Positions 38,549-50,109 are shown, counted from the stretch's first letter. The stretch: 64,000 nt of DNA from Candidatus Eiseniibacteriota bacterium (GCA_963725865.1 CAVSAC010000012.1:1024001-1088000); one strand, 5' to 3'. The notes: generated by a model from the letters alone, not told the origin. Numbers and translations: made by a program.

Positions 38549-39333
38549 GACCTGCCTCCCCCGACGCCGTGCGCCGGTGTCGGCGGCTCGACCGGACCGT
38601 CGCCGCCTTCGATCGTCTGCACGTACGTGCGACGCTTGGTGATCCAGTAGATGCCGTAGAGGAACACGGCCGCGAACACGACGACGTCCGGCAGGTGCGA
38701 CAGCACCCGCCAGGTGGTCTCCGGCAGCGGCTCGCGCGGCAGGTTGACGGGAAGCCCGAGCTGCTGGAACGGGACGCCGGAGAGCATCAGCACCGAGGTG
38801 CCTCCGGCCTCGTCGAGGCCGTAGATCTGGTCGACGTAGCGCGAGGGTTCCTGGGCGATGCGCTGGCGCGCCTCGCGCACGAGGGCGTCGCGCTCGCCGA
38901 ACTTCGTGGCGCCGGTGGGACACACCGAGGCGCACGCGGTGGGCAGGCCCTCGGCGATGCGGGGCGCGCACATCACGCACTTGCCGACGATCGGGATGGC
39001 GCGGTCCCACTGGTATTTCGGCACCCCGAACGGGCACGCCATGATGCAGTAGCGGCATCCGATGCAGAGCTTGGAGTCGTACACGACCGGACCGGTGGGG
39101 GTCTTCTTCATCGCGCCGACCGGGCACACGGACACGCACGTCGGCGTGAGGCAGTGCATGCACAGGCGCCGGACGTTCGCCCCGCCGCGGTTCTCGACCA
39201 CCGTCCAGGTGTAGGCGGTCGGCTTCTCCTCGAGCGGCTTCGGCAGCTGGTTCTGCTCCTTGCAGGCCGCCGAGCAGGCGCCGCAGCCGATGCAGCGCGT
39301 GGAGTCGAACAGGATCCCGAATCGCTTGGTCAT
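38545..39333 (-). CDS. 4x[4Fe-4S] electron-transfer protein (HybA/NrfC/FdnH-like) with C-terminal TM anchor
   Basis: 16 Cys in CIGCGAC...C, CMHC....C...CP, CIGCRYC...CP and KCVMC...C...CP; C-terminal hydrophobic helix. Confidence 0.9.
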   Translation of the reverse strand: MTKRFGILFDSTRCIGCGACSAACKEQNQLPKPLEEKPTAYTWTVVENRGGANVRRLCMHCLTPTCVSVCPVGAMKKTPTGPVVYDSKLCIGCRYCIMACPFGVPKYQWDRAIPIVGKCVMCAPRIAEGLPTACASVCPTGATKFGERDALVREARQRIAQEPSRYVDQIYGLDEAGGTSVLMLSGVPFQQLGLPVNLPREPLPETTWRVLSHLPDVVVFAAVFLYGIYWITKRRTYVQTIEGGDGPVEPPTPAHGVGGGRS

Positions 39334-40094
39334 CGGCCGGCTCCGTTCTCGCGGTGGCAGCGCGTGCAGGTCTCGGGGTCCTCGGCGGCGAACGCCCGTT
39401 TGCCGTCGTGGCAGGCGCCGCAGGCGTCGCGTTCGTGCATGCCGCCGCCCGGGCGGGGTGCCGTGGCCGCCATGCGGAACCGTTTCGGGTGGCAACTGGC
39501 GCAGGTGGCGTCGCCGCGCATGTGGCTCTGGTGGCGGAACGTGACCGGGCCGGGCGAGTTCTCGCTGGGTGGATAGGTGTGCGGTGCGGGCAACTTGGCC
39601 GCGGTCGCGCCCGCGGCCGTCGGGGCCGCGCTCGCCGCCGCCGGCCGCGTGCCCGTGTGGCAGGTGCGGCACGACGACGAATCGGTCACCGCGAACGCCT
39701 GCTTGCCGTCGTGGCAGGTCCCGCACGAGCCCCCGCCGTTCATCACGGAGTGCAGCGGAAGTGGTCCGCGCTTGAGCATGGGAAACGTCTGCGGATGGCA
39801 GCCGGTGCAGCGGTTCTCGGCCAGCGCCACGTGGGTCTGGTGGCTGAACACGACCGCGCTGTCCCGGCCCTGGATCGTCCGGTAGACGATGTCGGCGGGC
39901 AGCCGCAGCTCGATCGGTGCCGCCGGAGCGGGAGGGGCCGCAGTACTGGGTGCCGCGCCGGCCGCGCCGAGCGGAAGCAGCAACAGGAACCATGGAGCGC
40001 ACCAGCCGCCCAGCGGCCGCGCTCGCCCCGTGGTGAAACGCAGCCCGTGCCCTTCGCCCTCCTGGGACGGCCTGGAAGTCCTGAGGTTTCGCAT
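39330..40094 (-). CDS. Hexaheme cytochrome c with two c7-type triheme domains (start 40094, or 40235)
   Basis: CTGCH, CGTCH, CRTCH, CASCH, CGACH, CTRCH; 'V.FSH..H' and 'C..CHDGK.AF' repeated twice; signal-like 'WFLLLLPLGAAGA'. Confidence 0.88.
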   Translation of the reverse strand: MRNLRTSRPSQEGEGHGLRFTTGRARPLGGWCAPWFLLLLPLGAAGAAPSTAAPPAPAAPIELRLPADIVYRTIQGRDSAVVFSHQTHVALAENRCTGCHPQTFPMLKRGPLPLHSVMNGGGSCGTCHDGKQAFAVTDSSSCRTCHTGTRPAAASAAPTAAGATAAKLPAPHTYPPSENSPGPVTFRHQSHMRGDATCASCHPKRFRMAATAPRPGGGMHERDACGACHDGKRAFAAEDPETCTRCHRENGAGR

Positions 40095-40231
40095 GTCTCC
40101 ACCATTCCATCCGCGGGCGCCGGTCGTGCGGGGGAGGGAGCCGTGGAACTCGGCCCGTCCCGACGTCGTGACCGCGCGCGTCCCGGAGGTCACCGGTAGT
40201 GTCTGTGTGTGAGTCGCGAACATGAGTGCCT

Positions 40232-41005
40232 TCATCCGTACGTCCGGCGCACCAGCCTCAGATAGCGGGCCGGGCCCAGCGCGTCCGCGAGGGCGCGCAA
40301 CGTCGCGTTGTCGTCCTCGTCGTCCGACTTCGCGGAGCGGCTGCCGCGCTGCGCGCTCCGCAGTGTCTTGTGGAAGCGGGCGGACGCCGCGTCGTACAAC
40401 TCCGCGGCTTTCTCCGCCGTCATCAGCCGGCCGAGGTCCTTCGAGCCGGTGTCCGTCGTCACCTCGTAGAGCCAACCCTCGTCCAGCGGCCGCGTCGCGG
40501 CCAGGTGCGGGCGGTCGTGGAGCGCCGGGTTCGTGGCGTGGAGCGCGCCGCCGACCGGAGCGAGTACCCCGAACGTCCCGCCCTCGGTGACGATCCAGAA
40601 GTGAGTCGCTCCATGCAGGATCGCGGCTCCCGGATCGGTGTGGACCACGGCGCGCGGCGTGAGCAGCGCGGAGGCGAGCGCCGGTTCCAGACCCACGCGC
40701 CACACGGCGCGTCCTGCGGCCGGGTCCGCGACGCGCATCAGCCAGCAGTGCTCGCGGCTGTAGAGCCGGTCGTCGGGCAGATGGCGGTCGACGGGAGTGG
40801 ACGGCACCTGAGCGGCGGAGGGATCGATGCGCGGCACGGAACCGCGGCGCGTGTACATGCGCATCGCCTGGTCGAGCGGACAGTGCTCGCAGTCCAGCTG
40901 CCGATCGCAGAGCTGGTAGGACAGGATCCCCGCCGTCATCCAGACGCACTTCAACTCGTCCGGGGGGATCACATGGTGGCCGCCGTCCGATGTGGGCGTG
41001 GACAT
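40232..41005 (-). CDS. Glycine-cleavage-H-like protein lacking the lipoyl Lys, with an N-terminal 4-Cys motif
   Basis: CVWMTAG..Y..CD...DC..CPLD, then 'YSREHCW', 'RVGL', 'LAPVGG..HATN', 'P..EGWL'. Confidence 0.75.
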   Translation of the reverse strand: MSTPTSDGGHHVIPPDELKCVWMTAGILSYQLCDRQLDCEHCPLDQAMRMYTRRGSVPRIDPSAAQVPSTPVDRHLPDDRLYSREHCWLMRVADPAAGRAVWRVGLEPALASALLTPRAVVHTDPGAAILHGATHFWIVTEGGTFGVLAPVGGALHATNPALHDRPHLAATRPLDEGWLYEVTTDTGSKDLGRLMTAEKAAELYDAASARFHKTLRSAQRGSRSAKSDDEDDNATLRALADALGPARYLRLVRRTYG

Positions 41006-41103
41006 GGCGCTCTTCGCGTCTCCCTGCGCGCCGTCCGGGCGCGCGTCCTCGCTGTCGCTTCGCGTCGTGCGCCCGCGTGGGCGCAGCTCTTCACGCCCTC
41101 TCT

Positions 41104-41122
41104 ATAAGAAGGATGCGTGCCA
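41104..41122 (-). promoter_or_regulatory. Candidate sigma54 (-24/-12) promoter for the leftward operon
   Basis: Minus strand TGGCACGCATCCTTCTTAT: perfect -24 element, but -12 is CTTC instead of TTGC. Confidence 0.45.
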
Positions 41123-41212
41123 CCGTTCGAGCGCGATCCGGCAGTCGCGTGCGAAGCAGCGAGATAGGGCGCGCGCGGACGGTCCGCTCGGTCGCCTCGC
41201 TGCCGGCTCGAT

Positions 41213-41229
41213 TGTGGAAGGACTCCACA
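41213..41229. promoter_or_regulatory. Candidate enhancer-binding-protein site (palindrome)
   Basis: TGTGGA-N5-TCCACA about 90 bp upstream of the -24 element; related TGATGA-N5-TCCACA at 41668-41684. Confidence 0.5.
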
Positions 41230-41715
41230 CGACGGCGGCGCCGGTCCGCGGACGGCCGGCCCAACCGGCTGGCGGCCAAGGGGCTGGCACGCGTGTAGGG
41301 ATCCGCGGCACCGACTGCCGAGGAACTCCCCACTTCGGCGATCGATCCGCGGCTCGAGTCCGCGCCGAGTCTCGCGGCACATCGACCTCGATCCGAGGTA
41401 TCTCCCGGCACCCGCCGGTGCCACCGCACCAGCCTCTCCGGCCACTCGGCGACCTCGACTTCCTCACGCTTGTCCCCTTGGGCCATCGTCCGCGTCATGC
41501 GGCCGGTCCCCGCGACCGCGCTTCACACGACCCCATCCCACGGAGGCGTCGCCGCGCGCGACGCCCCACTTCCTGCGCGCGCGACAAGGACTTCGGAGCG
41601 CGTGGTGGGTCGATTGCCTCGGGCCGAAGGCCGAGCGAGACCCGGTGTGTTTGCGCCCACGGGGCGGTGATGAGAAGGTCCACACAGCCTCCCTTGGGAA
41701 CCGTGGGGATCAACC

Positions 41716-43344
41716 ATGCGCGCGCTGCGCACCGTCAGCTTCCGGGTCTTCGCGGGCACCCTTCTCCTGCTGCTGCTCGCGTTCGGCCTGTTCGCGACCT
41801 ACGCGATTCACTTCTACACGGTCCAGTTGACCGAGCAGGCCATCGCCAGCGCCAGTCGCATCGGTGACTTCATCGCCGCCAGCACCCAGTACAGCATGCT
41901 CCTGAACCGCAAGCAGGACGTCTATCAGATGGCCCGGACGCTCGGCACCCAGCCGGGCGTCGTCAGCATTCGGATCTACAACAAGCGCGGCCAGATCACG
42001 TTCTCGACCGATCCGGCCGAGCAGGGACGCATGGTCGACCTGCACGCCGACGCGTGCGTGGCCTGCCACGACAGCGCCCGCCCTCTCGAATCACTGCCGT
42101 CGGCGAACCGCGCCCGCGTCTACCGCGACCGTGCGGGGCACCGCGTGGTGGGGGTCATCCATCCGGTCCGCAGCCAGCCGTCGTGCTCCACCGGCGGCTG
42201 CCATCTGGCACCGTCCGAGCGGACGGTGCTCGGCGTGTTCGATGTTCAGATGTCCCTGCAGACCGTCGACGCCGCGATCGCCACCGCGCAGCGACGGACG
42301 GCGTCCTCGGCGGCGATCGGATTCCTGGCGGTCGCACTTGCCTCCGGAGTGTTCCTGCGCATCACCGTGCGCCGCCCGATCCGGGCGCTCACCGCCGGCA
42401 CCGAGGCGCTCGCCCGGGGCGACCTCGATCACGAGATCGCGGTCCAGGGGCACGACGATCTGAGCGGTCTCGCGGACTCCTTCAACGCCATGACGCGTTC
42501 GCTACGCGAGGCTCAGGAGGAGAACCGGCGCTGGGCCCGGACTCTCGAGGATCGGGTCCGCGAGAAGACCCAGGAGCTGAGTCGCATGGACCGGCAGATC
42601 CTCCAGGTCGAGAAGATGGCCTCGCTCGGCACGCTCGCCGCATCGGTCGCCCACGAGCTCAACAACCCGCTGTCCGGCATCCTCACGTACGCCAAGTTGC
42701 AGGCGAAGCGCGTGCGACGAGACGGCGCCGAGGCTCCATGGGCGCGGACGCTGCTCGCGGATCTCGACATGATCGTGCGCGAGACCGAGCGCTGCGGGAG
42801 CATCGTGCGGAACCTGCTGCTGTTCTCGCGCAAGCAGGACGGGGAGTTCCACCGCGCTGAAGTGCGCGAGGCGGTGGAGCGGTCGGTGACCCTGGTCGCG
42901 CACCACCTGGAGATGCGCCACGTCGAGGTCGAGACCGCCTGCGAGCCGCCCGACCTGAGCATCCTCGGCGACGAGGGACAGCTGCAGCAGGCCCTCGTCG
43001 CACTGCTCATCAACGCCGCGGACGCGATGCCGAACGGCGGCACCGTGCGCATCCGGGCGCGCCGCGAGTCGAGCGGCGAGGTCCGCCTGACCGTCGAGGA
43101 CACCGGCATCGGCATCGCGGCGGCCGACCTGCCGCACGTGTTCGAACCGTTCTTCACGACCAAGCCGCAGGGCCAGGGCGTCGGCCTCGGGCTGTCGGTG
43201 GTCTATGGCATCGCCCAGCGCCACGGCGCCACCATCGATGTGGCCTCCGAGCCCGGGTGCGGCACCCTGATCACACTCGTCTTCCCGCCGCTGGACGGGG
43301 CCCAGCTCCGGCCCGACGGCGGGGGACGTGAACGTTCTTCCTGA
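41716..43344 (+). CDS. Sensor histidine kinase with periplasmic CxxCH motif and HAMP
   Basis: Two TMs; CVACH and CSTGGCH; AHELNNPL; DTGIGI, FEPFFTTK, G.GLGL. Confidence 0.92.
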   Translation: MRALRTVSFRVFAGTLLLLLLAFGLFATYAIHFYTVQLTEQAIASASRIGDFIAASTQYSMLLNRKQDVYQMARTLGTQPGVVSIRIYNKRGQITFSTDPAEQGRMVDLHADACVACHDSARPLESLPSANRARVYRDRAGHRVVGVIHPVRSQPSCSTGGCHLAPSERTVLGVFDVQMSLQTVDAAIATAQRRTASSAAIGFLAVALASGVFLRITVRRPIRALTAGTEALARGDLDHEIAVQGHDDLSGLADSFNAMTRSLREAQEENRRWARTLEDRVREKTQELSRMDRQILQVEKMASLGTLAASVAHELNNPLSGILTYAKLQAKRVRRDGAEAPWARTLLADLDMIVRETERCGSIVRNLLLFSRKQDGEFHRAEVREAVERSVTLVAHHLEMRHVEVETACEPPDLSILGDEGQLQQALVALLINAADAMPNGGTVRIRARRESSGEVRLTVEDTGIGIAAADLPHVFEPFFTTKPQGQGVGLGLSVVYGIAQRHGATIDVASEPGCGTLITLVFPPLDGAQLRPDGGGRERSS

Positions 43345-43357
43345 GGTCGAGGTTCCC

Positions 43358-44701
<1,344 letters not shown>

Positions 44702-44724
44702 CCGCCGCCGGCACGGAGCCGGTC

Positions 44725-46725
44725 GTGCGGGGCGGCTTGGGCCGGGGGACCGGACTCACGCCCATCGTCGACGTGCGTCCCGGGCTGGTCGCGCGCTGGG
44801 GCCTCGACGAGGGCACCGGCACCGCGGTCAACTCCTCCTCCAGCACCCCGCTGCCGGGCACGGTCACGGGAACCGGGTACGCATGGGTGGCGGGGGCGCC
44901 GTTCGACGCCCATGCGAATCACGCGCCGACGGCGCCTGTGTGCGTCGGTCCGGCGCACGGCGCGATCGACGTGTCGACGAGCCCATCGCTCGCCGTCCAG
45001 GTGAGCGATCCCGATGCCGACCCGCTGGACGTCACGTTCTACGGGCGCAGCCTGCCGACCGCGGCGGGCGCCGACTTCACCGTGGTCCTGCTGCCGGACG
45101 CGCAGAACTACACCTCTCAGGCGGGGACCAGCAGCAACGCGATGCTGCGGGCGCAGACGGCGTGGGTGGTCGCCAACCGGGCCCCGCGCAACATCGTCTT
45201 CGTGAGCCAGATCGGCGACCTGAGTGAGACCGGCGACGCCGCCGAGATCCAGTGGATGCGCGCCGACACGGCGCTGTCGGCCCTCGAGGATCCGGTGGCG
45301 ACCGGGCTGCCGCACGGCATCCCGTACGAGGTCTCGGTCGGCAACCACGATCAGACACCGAACGGCGATCCGACCGCGCCCTGCTCGTTCTACAACGAGT
45401 ACTTCGGTGAAGCTCGCTTCGCGGGCCGGCCGTATCGTGGCGGCGCGCGCCAGCCCGGGCGCAGCAACGACCACTTCTCGCTGTTCAGCGGCGGCGGGCT
45501 CGACTGGATCGTCATCAGCCTGCAGTACGCCGCCAGCGTGCAGCCGGCCGCCGTGGCATGGGCGGACAGCCTGCTGACCGCCCACGCGGGTCGCAAGGCG
45601 ATCGTCGTAGTCCACAACCTGCTCGCCACCGGCAATCCCGCCGCGTGGTCCGGGCAGGGGCAGGGTGTGTACGACGCCCTCAAGTCGCATGCGAATCTCG
45701 AGCTGATGATCTGTGGCCACACCGCTGGCGAGGGACGCCGCTCGGACAGCTTCGGCGGCCACACGATTCACACTCTGCTGCAGGACTACCAGGACCGCGC
45801 CAGCGGCGGCTCGGGCTGGCTGCGGCTGCTGGAGTTCTCGCCCGTGAACGGGGTGGTGCGTGTCCGCACCTACTCGCCGTGGCTCGACCAGTGGGAGGCC
45901 GACGCCGACTCGAGCAGCCAGTTCACGCTGCCGGTGGACCTCGGCGGCGGTCCCGGATTCACCGCGCTCGGCACGGTGAGCGGGGTCGCTTCCGGGAGCA
46001 CCGCGACCCTCGCGTGGCCGGCGCGGGAACAGCTCACCGCGTACGAATGGTACGCCGCGGCCGACGACGGCGCGCGCCGCTCCATCAGTCTCACATGGTC
46101 GTTCACGACCCGGGACGCACAGGCGCCCGCGATCGTCGTGTCAGCGCCCAACGGGGGCGAGTCGTGGCCGGCGGGCGAGAGCCGCACGATCACGTGGAAC
46201 GCCACCGATAACGTGGGCGTGAGCTCGGTGGACGTGCTGCTCTCGCGCAGCGGGCTCGGGGGGCCGTGGCAGAGTCTCGCGAGCGGGATCGCCAACACGG
46301 GCTCGTTCGCCTGGACGGTCACCGGGCCGGCGGGCACCGACGCGCGCATCCGGGTGGTCGCGCACGACGCGGCCGCCAACTCCGGGGAAGACGCCAGCGA
46401 CGGCTCGTTCAGCATCACCGGGACCTCGGGGGTCGACGACCTCGCCGTCACCGAATTCGCGCTGGCCCCGGTGCGCCCGAATCCCGCCCGCGGCGTGGGC
46501 CACGTGGCATTCGAACTCCCGCGCGCGGCGCACGTGCGACTCACGGTGAACGACCTGCAGGGTCGCGAGGTCGCGGTACTCGCCGATCGGGAGTTCGAGT
46601 CGGGCCGCCACAGTCTGGCGTGGTCCGGCAGCGGCAGCGCCGGCGCGGCGCCGGCCGGGATGTATTTCATCCGGCTGCGGGCCGACGGCCACGAGCTCGT
46701 GCGCCGAATGGTCTTCATGCGATAG
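44725..46725 (+). pseudogene. Metallophosphoesterase with Ig-like domains and FlgD-Ig/T9SS-like tail; apparently 5'-truncated
   Basis: LPDAQNY, IGD, VGNHD and CGH motifs. It begins abruptly with the tail of a LamG-like domain (GLVARWGLDEGTG), with no RBS or signal peptide. Confidence 0.6.
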
Positions 46726-46751
46726 GGGGCGCTACGGCTCCGAGGCATCAG

Positions 46752-46781
46752 CGGGCGCCGGGGAAGCGTCCCCGGCGCCCG
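46752..46781. terminator. Stem-loop after the phosphoesterase gene
   Basis: CGGGCGCCGGGGA-AGCG-TCCCCGGCGCCCG. Confidence 0.5.
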
Positions 46782-46975
46782 TCACGCTGCGCCTCCCGGC
46801 CGCGCGGCATGCCGCTGGTCACTCGATCGCCTCGCGCGGCGATCCTCCCCGGCGCGGCGCAGGCGCTGCCGGATGCGGCCCCGCGGGCGCCTGAGTACTA
46901 GGGAGGAAGGCGCGCGCCTGATACCCTTGACGTACGTCGACCGGCCCGAGTGAACCCACCGCGCGAGGTCCATCC

Positions 46976-47296
46976 ATGTCCCGTTCCACCGTCCTGCTGA
47001 CGTGCGCCCTGCTGCTCGGCGTCGCCGCGACCACGGCGTATCCGGCCACCTACCAGGGGCGCCCGATCGACGCGCACAGCTGGCACTGCGTCGCGCGCAC
47101 GAACGACTATGGCAAGTTCCCGGGCTGCGAGGTGCGCTTCGATGGGGAGCGGGCCTACCTCACGCTCTCGAGCGGCCTGCGCATCGTGCTGATCCTGGAG
47201 GACGAGCACATCCTCGATCCGCACGGCGTCGTGGGGTACGACCACAAGCGTGGGCTGCGCTGGGAGCTCGACATCCTCGACCTGCCCAACGGCTGA
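46976..47296 (+). CDS. Small secreted hypothetical protein
   Basis: GAGG RBS; signal peptide; host-like codon usage. Confidence 0.65.
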   Translation: MSRSTVLLTCALLLGVAATTAYPATYQGRPIDAHSWHCVARTNDYGKFPGCEVRFDGERAYLTLSSGLRIVLILEDEHILDPHGVVGYDHKRGLRWELDILDLPNG

Positions 47297-47429
47297 CCTG
47301 ACGGCAGCGGGCGCGGAGCCCGCGAGCCGCCCGTCGTGAGCCTGCCGCTCCGGCGACCGCCGCTGAATGCCACGGCCGCGACGCGCGCTGCGCGTCGCGG
47401 CCGTGACGGTTCCAGTGCGTGTGGCGGCG

Positions 47430-49349
47430 CTACTTCTTCTTCGGTTTCGCTCCGCCCTCGCGCGCGGCCAGCAGGGTCTCCATCTCGTCCATCACGCGGT
47501 TCATCTCGGAGATCGCCGAGTTGAACGGCGCCGACGTGGTCATGTCGACGCCCGCGCCCTTGAGCAGATCGATCGGGTACTTCGACGAGCCCGAGGACAG
47601 CATCGTCAGGTACGCGTCCCGCGCCTTGGTCGACGGCTTCTTCGCCGCCGCCTCGGCCAGGATCGAGTTCGCGATCGAGGACGACGCCACGATGCTGGTC
47701 GAGTACGAGTACACGTAGAAGTTGTAGTAGAAGTGCGGGATGTACGCCCACTCGATGCCGTACAGCGGGTCGATCTTGCAGACGCCCTGCGCGTCGCCGT
47801 AGTACTCGCGGAGCAGGTCCAGGTACAACTTCGTCATCGCGGCACCCGAGAGCGCCTCGCCCTTCTCGCCCATCTGGTGGATGCGCAGCTCGAACTCGGC
47901 GAACAGCGTCTGGCGGAACAGCGTGGTGCGCAGGCCGTCGAGCCGGCTCCCGAGCAGGAACAGCCGGACGTCCGGGTCCTTCGTCTGCTTGAGCGTGTAG
48001 TCGAGGAGCAGGGCCTCGTTGCAGGTCGACGCGACCTCGGCGACGAAGGTCGGATAGTTCGAGTTCACGTACGGCTGGTGCTGGTACGACAGGTAGGTGT
48101 GAATGGAGTGACCCGACTCGTGGGCCAGCGTGGACACCTCGTCGTACAGCCCGGTGAAGTTCTGGAGCTGATAGGGATGCACGCCGTACACGCCGGTGCT
48201 GTACGCGCCCGAGCGCTTGCCGGCGGTCGGCATCCAGTCGATCCAACGGCTGTTGAAGCCCTTCTGCAGCGTGGAAACGTAGGTCGGTCCGAGCGGGGCG
48301 ACGGCCTTGAGCGTCATGTCCATCGCCTGCTCGGGCGTGTAGCGCAGGTCGACCTTCTTCACGACCGGCGCGTACAGGTCCTCGTAGCGCAGCGTGTCCA
48401 CGCCCATCATGCGCTGGCGCAGCTTCAGGTAGCGGTGCAGCGTCGGCAGGTTGGCGTGCACGTCCGAGATTAGCTGCGTGTACACGGCCGGCGGGACGTT
48501 GGGGCCGAACAGCGCGGCCTCCATGCACGAATCGAACTTGCGCGTCTCCTTCTGGAAGACGTGCGCCTGCACCTGCGCGTAGAGCATGCTGCCGAGCGTC
48601 TGCTCGAATTCGCGGTAGCGCTCCCAGAACGCGTGGAACACCGCCATCCGGTCGTCGCGGTTGGTCGAGGCGCGGTACTTCGTGTAGCCCTGCGCGTCGA
48701 GCCGCACGGTCTCGCCCGTCGACAGCGTCACCGACGGATAGGGCATGTCCGAGTTCGTGAACACGTCGTGCAGCGTGCCGGCGGTTCCGGCCATGTCGCC
48801 GGTCTTCGCGAGGATCTTCTCCTCGGCGGAACCGAGCGTATGCGGCTCGGCGCGCAGGATGTCCTCGAGGTACACGCGGTAGGTCTCGAGCCGCTTGTCC
48901 GACCCGATCAGCGCGCGCACCTTCTCGCCACCCAGCGCGAGGATCTCCGGCTGCATGTACGAGATGGCCGCGCCGTAGTCCACGAACAGCTGCTGGGCCT
49001 GCTGGTTCATCTCGAGCGACTTGCTGACCCGCTTGTCCTGATCGCTCAGCATGCTCGCGTAGACGTTGAGCTGTTCGAGATCCCGCTGCACCTTCATGCG
49101 GGCCTCGAGCGCCTCGAACAGGGTGGCCGCCGAGGCTCCCAGCTTGCCCTGGTACGTCGACAGCTCGGGGATCTGCTTCTCGAGGCCCGACCGGGCGGAC
49201 TCCCAGGCGGCGTCATTGGCGTACAGGTCGGTGAGACTCCAGGAGTACTTCGGATCGACCTCCGACCGCTCCAGGGCGGGCGCGGGCGCGGCAGCGACCA
49301 GCAGCGCCGCCGCCAGGGCGACGGCAAGATGCGACCGTTCGATTCTCAT
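47430..49349 (-). CDS. pepF: Oligoendopeptidase F (M3B), with signal peptide
   Basis: 'WSLTDLY', 'GKRSGAYS', 'TLAHESGHSIH', 'FVAEVAST.NE', 'RQTLFAEFE', 'IPHFYYNFYVY'. Confidence 0.92.
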   Translation of the reverse strand: MRIERSHLAVALAAALLVAAAPAPALERSEVDPKYSWSLTDLYANDAAWESARSGLEKQIPELSTYQGKLGASAATLFEALEARMKVQRDLEQLNVYASMLSDQDKRVSKSLEMNQQAQQLFVDYGAAISYMQPEILALGGEKVRALIGSDKRLETYRVYLEDILRAEPHTLGSAEEKILAKTGDMAGTAGTLHDVFTNSDMPYPSVTLSTGETVRLDAQGYTKYRASTNRDDRMAVFHAFWERYREFEQTLGSMLYAQVQAHVFQKETRKFDSCMEAALFGPNVPPAVYTQLISDVHANLPTLHRYLKLRQRMMGVDTLRYEDLYAPVVKKVDLRYTPEQAMDMTLKAVAPLGPTYVSTLQKGFNSRWIDWMPTAGKRSGAYSTGVYGVHPYQLQNFTGLYDEVSTLAHESGHSIHTYLSYQHQPYVNSNYPTFVAEVASTCNEALLLDYTLKQTKDPDVRLFLLGSRLDGLRTTLFRQTLFAEFELRIHQMGEKGEALSGAAMTKLYLDLLREYYGDAQGVCKIDPLYGIEWAYIPHFYYNFYVYSYSTSIVASSSIANSILAEAAAKKPSTKARDAYLTMLSSGSSKYPIDLLKGAGVDMTTSAPFNSAISEMNRVMDEMETLLAAREGGAKPKKK

Positions 49350-49532
49350 GCGAGGACCTTTCTGCTCGTGCGGATGGGTGCGAACGCGCGGGCGTTCGAG
49401 TGGAAGCGAATGGGGAAGACGGACCACCGGCGCGGCATCGTAGCACCGCCCGCGTCGGCCCGCAGGCAGGCGGACGCGCACGACGACGGACGCGGGGAAG
49501 CGCTCGACGAGAGCGGCCACTCCGACTCGGTC

Positions 49533-49913
49533 CTACGAGTCGGACGGCTCCGCGTCCGCGGGCAGCTCTGATCCGTAGTCGGCGATCAACGCGCGCGCCG
49601 ATTCCGCCATCTCGGCCGGCACCTGGAGTCGCGTCGGACCGAGCGCGAAGTTCTCGCCGCTCGGCATGCGTCCCAGTCCGATCAGGTCCTGGCTGAGCCC
49701 GTTCTGCTCGATGCAGGGGATCTGCTCGGCTTCGAGCAGCGAGCGGATCACGGCGATTCGCGCGGGATCGGCCGATTCGAGCACCGTCTCCAGGTCGCGC
49801 CACTGGGCCTGCTCCACCGAAGGCGGCGCGAGCTCGTCCACCAGCTCCACGTCACAGTCCTTGCAGCGCGTGATGCCCGCAACGTACTCGGTCCGGCAAT
49901 TCGGGCAGAACAT
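49533..49913 (-). CDS. Zinc-ribbon plus DUF2007-like protein
   Basis: MFCPNC..EY..G...C.DC...LV; 'SLLEAE.IP'; 'LQVP...E.AR.L'. Confidence 0.8.
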   Translation of the reverse strand: MFCPNCRTEYVAGITRCKDCDVELVDELAPPSVEQAQWRDLETVLESADPARIAVIRSLLEAEQIPCIEQNGLSQDLIGLGRMPSGENFALGPTRLQVPAEMAESARALIADYGSELPADAEPSDS

Positions 49914-50109
49914 GACGCTCCTCCTTCCACGCGGAATCCCCACTTCCCATTGCGAAAGCTACGCCTCGGCTCCATCCGGCGCCAGTAGCGGGCACGCCGC
50001 CCGCGATTCCGCCGCGGCGCCGCGCTCTGTTAGCCTGCCGCGGTCGTCATGCCCCGGCGCCCCGTGTGCGGACCGCCGGGCCACCACGCCACGCCTCCGG
50101 AGGCATCGC

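Noticed and set aside
37373..39333. Calling the locus a [NiFe]-hydrogenase-2 (hyb) operon
   Set aside because: No small or large hydrogenase subunits or maturation genes are present.
33786..41005. Calling the two H-protein-like genes gcvH (glycine cleavage system)
   Set aside because: Both lack the lipoyl lysine and carry extra domains, and no gcvP/gcvT/lpd gene is present in the window.
41285..41300. Second TGGCACG as a rightward sigma54 promoter
   Set aside because: The -12 region (TAGG) does not match, and it lies more than 400 bp from the next start.
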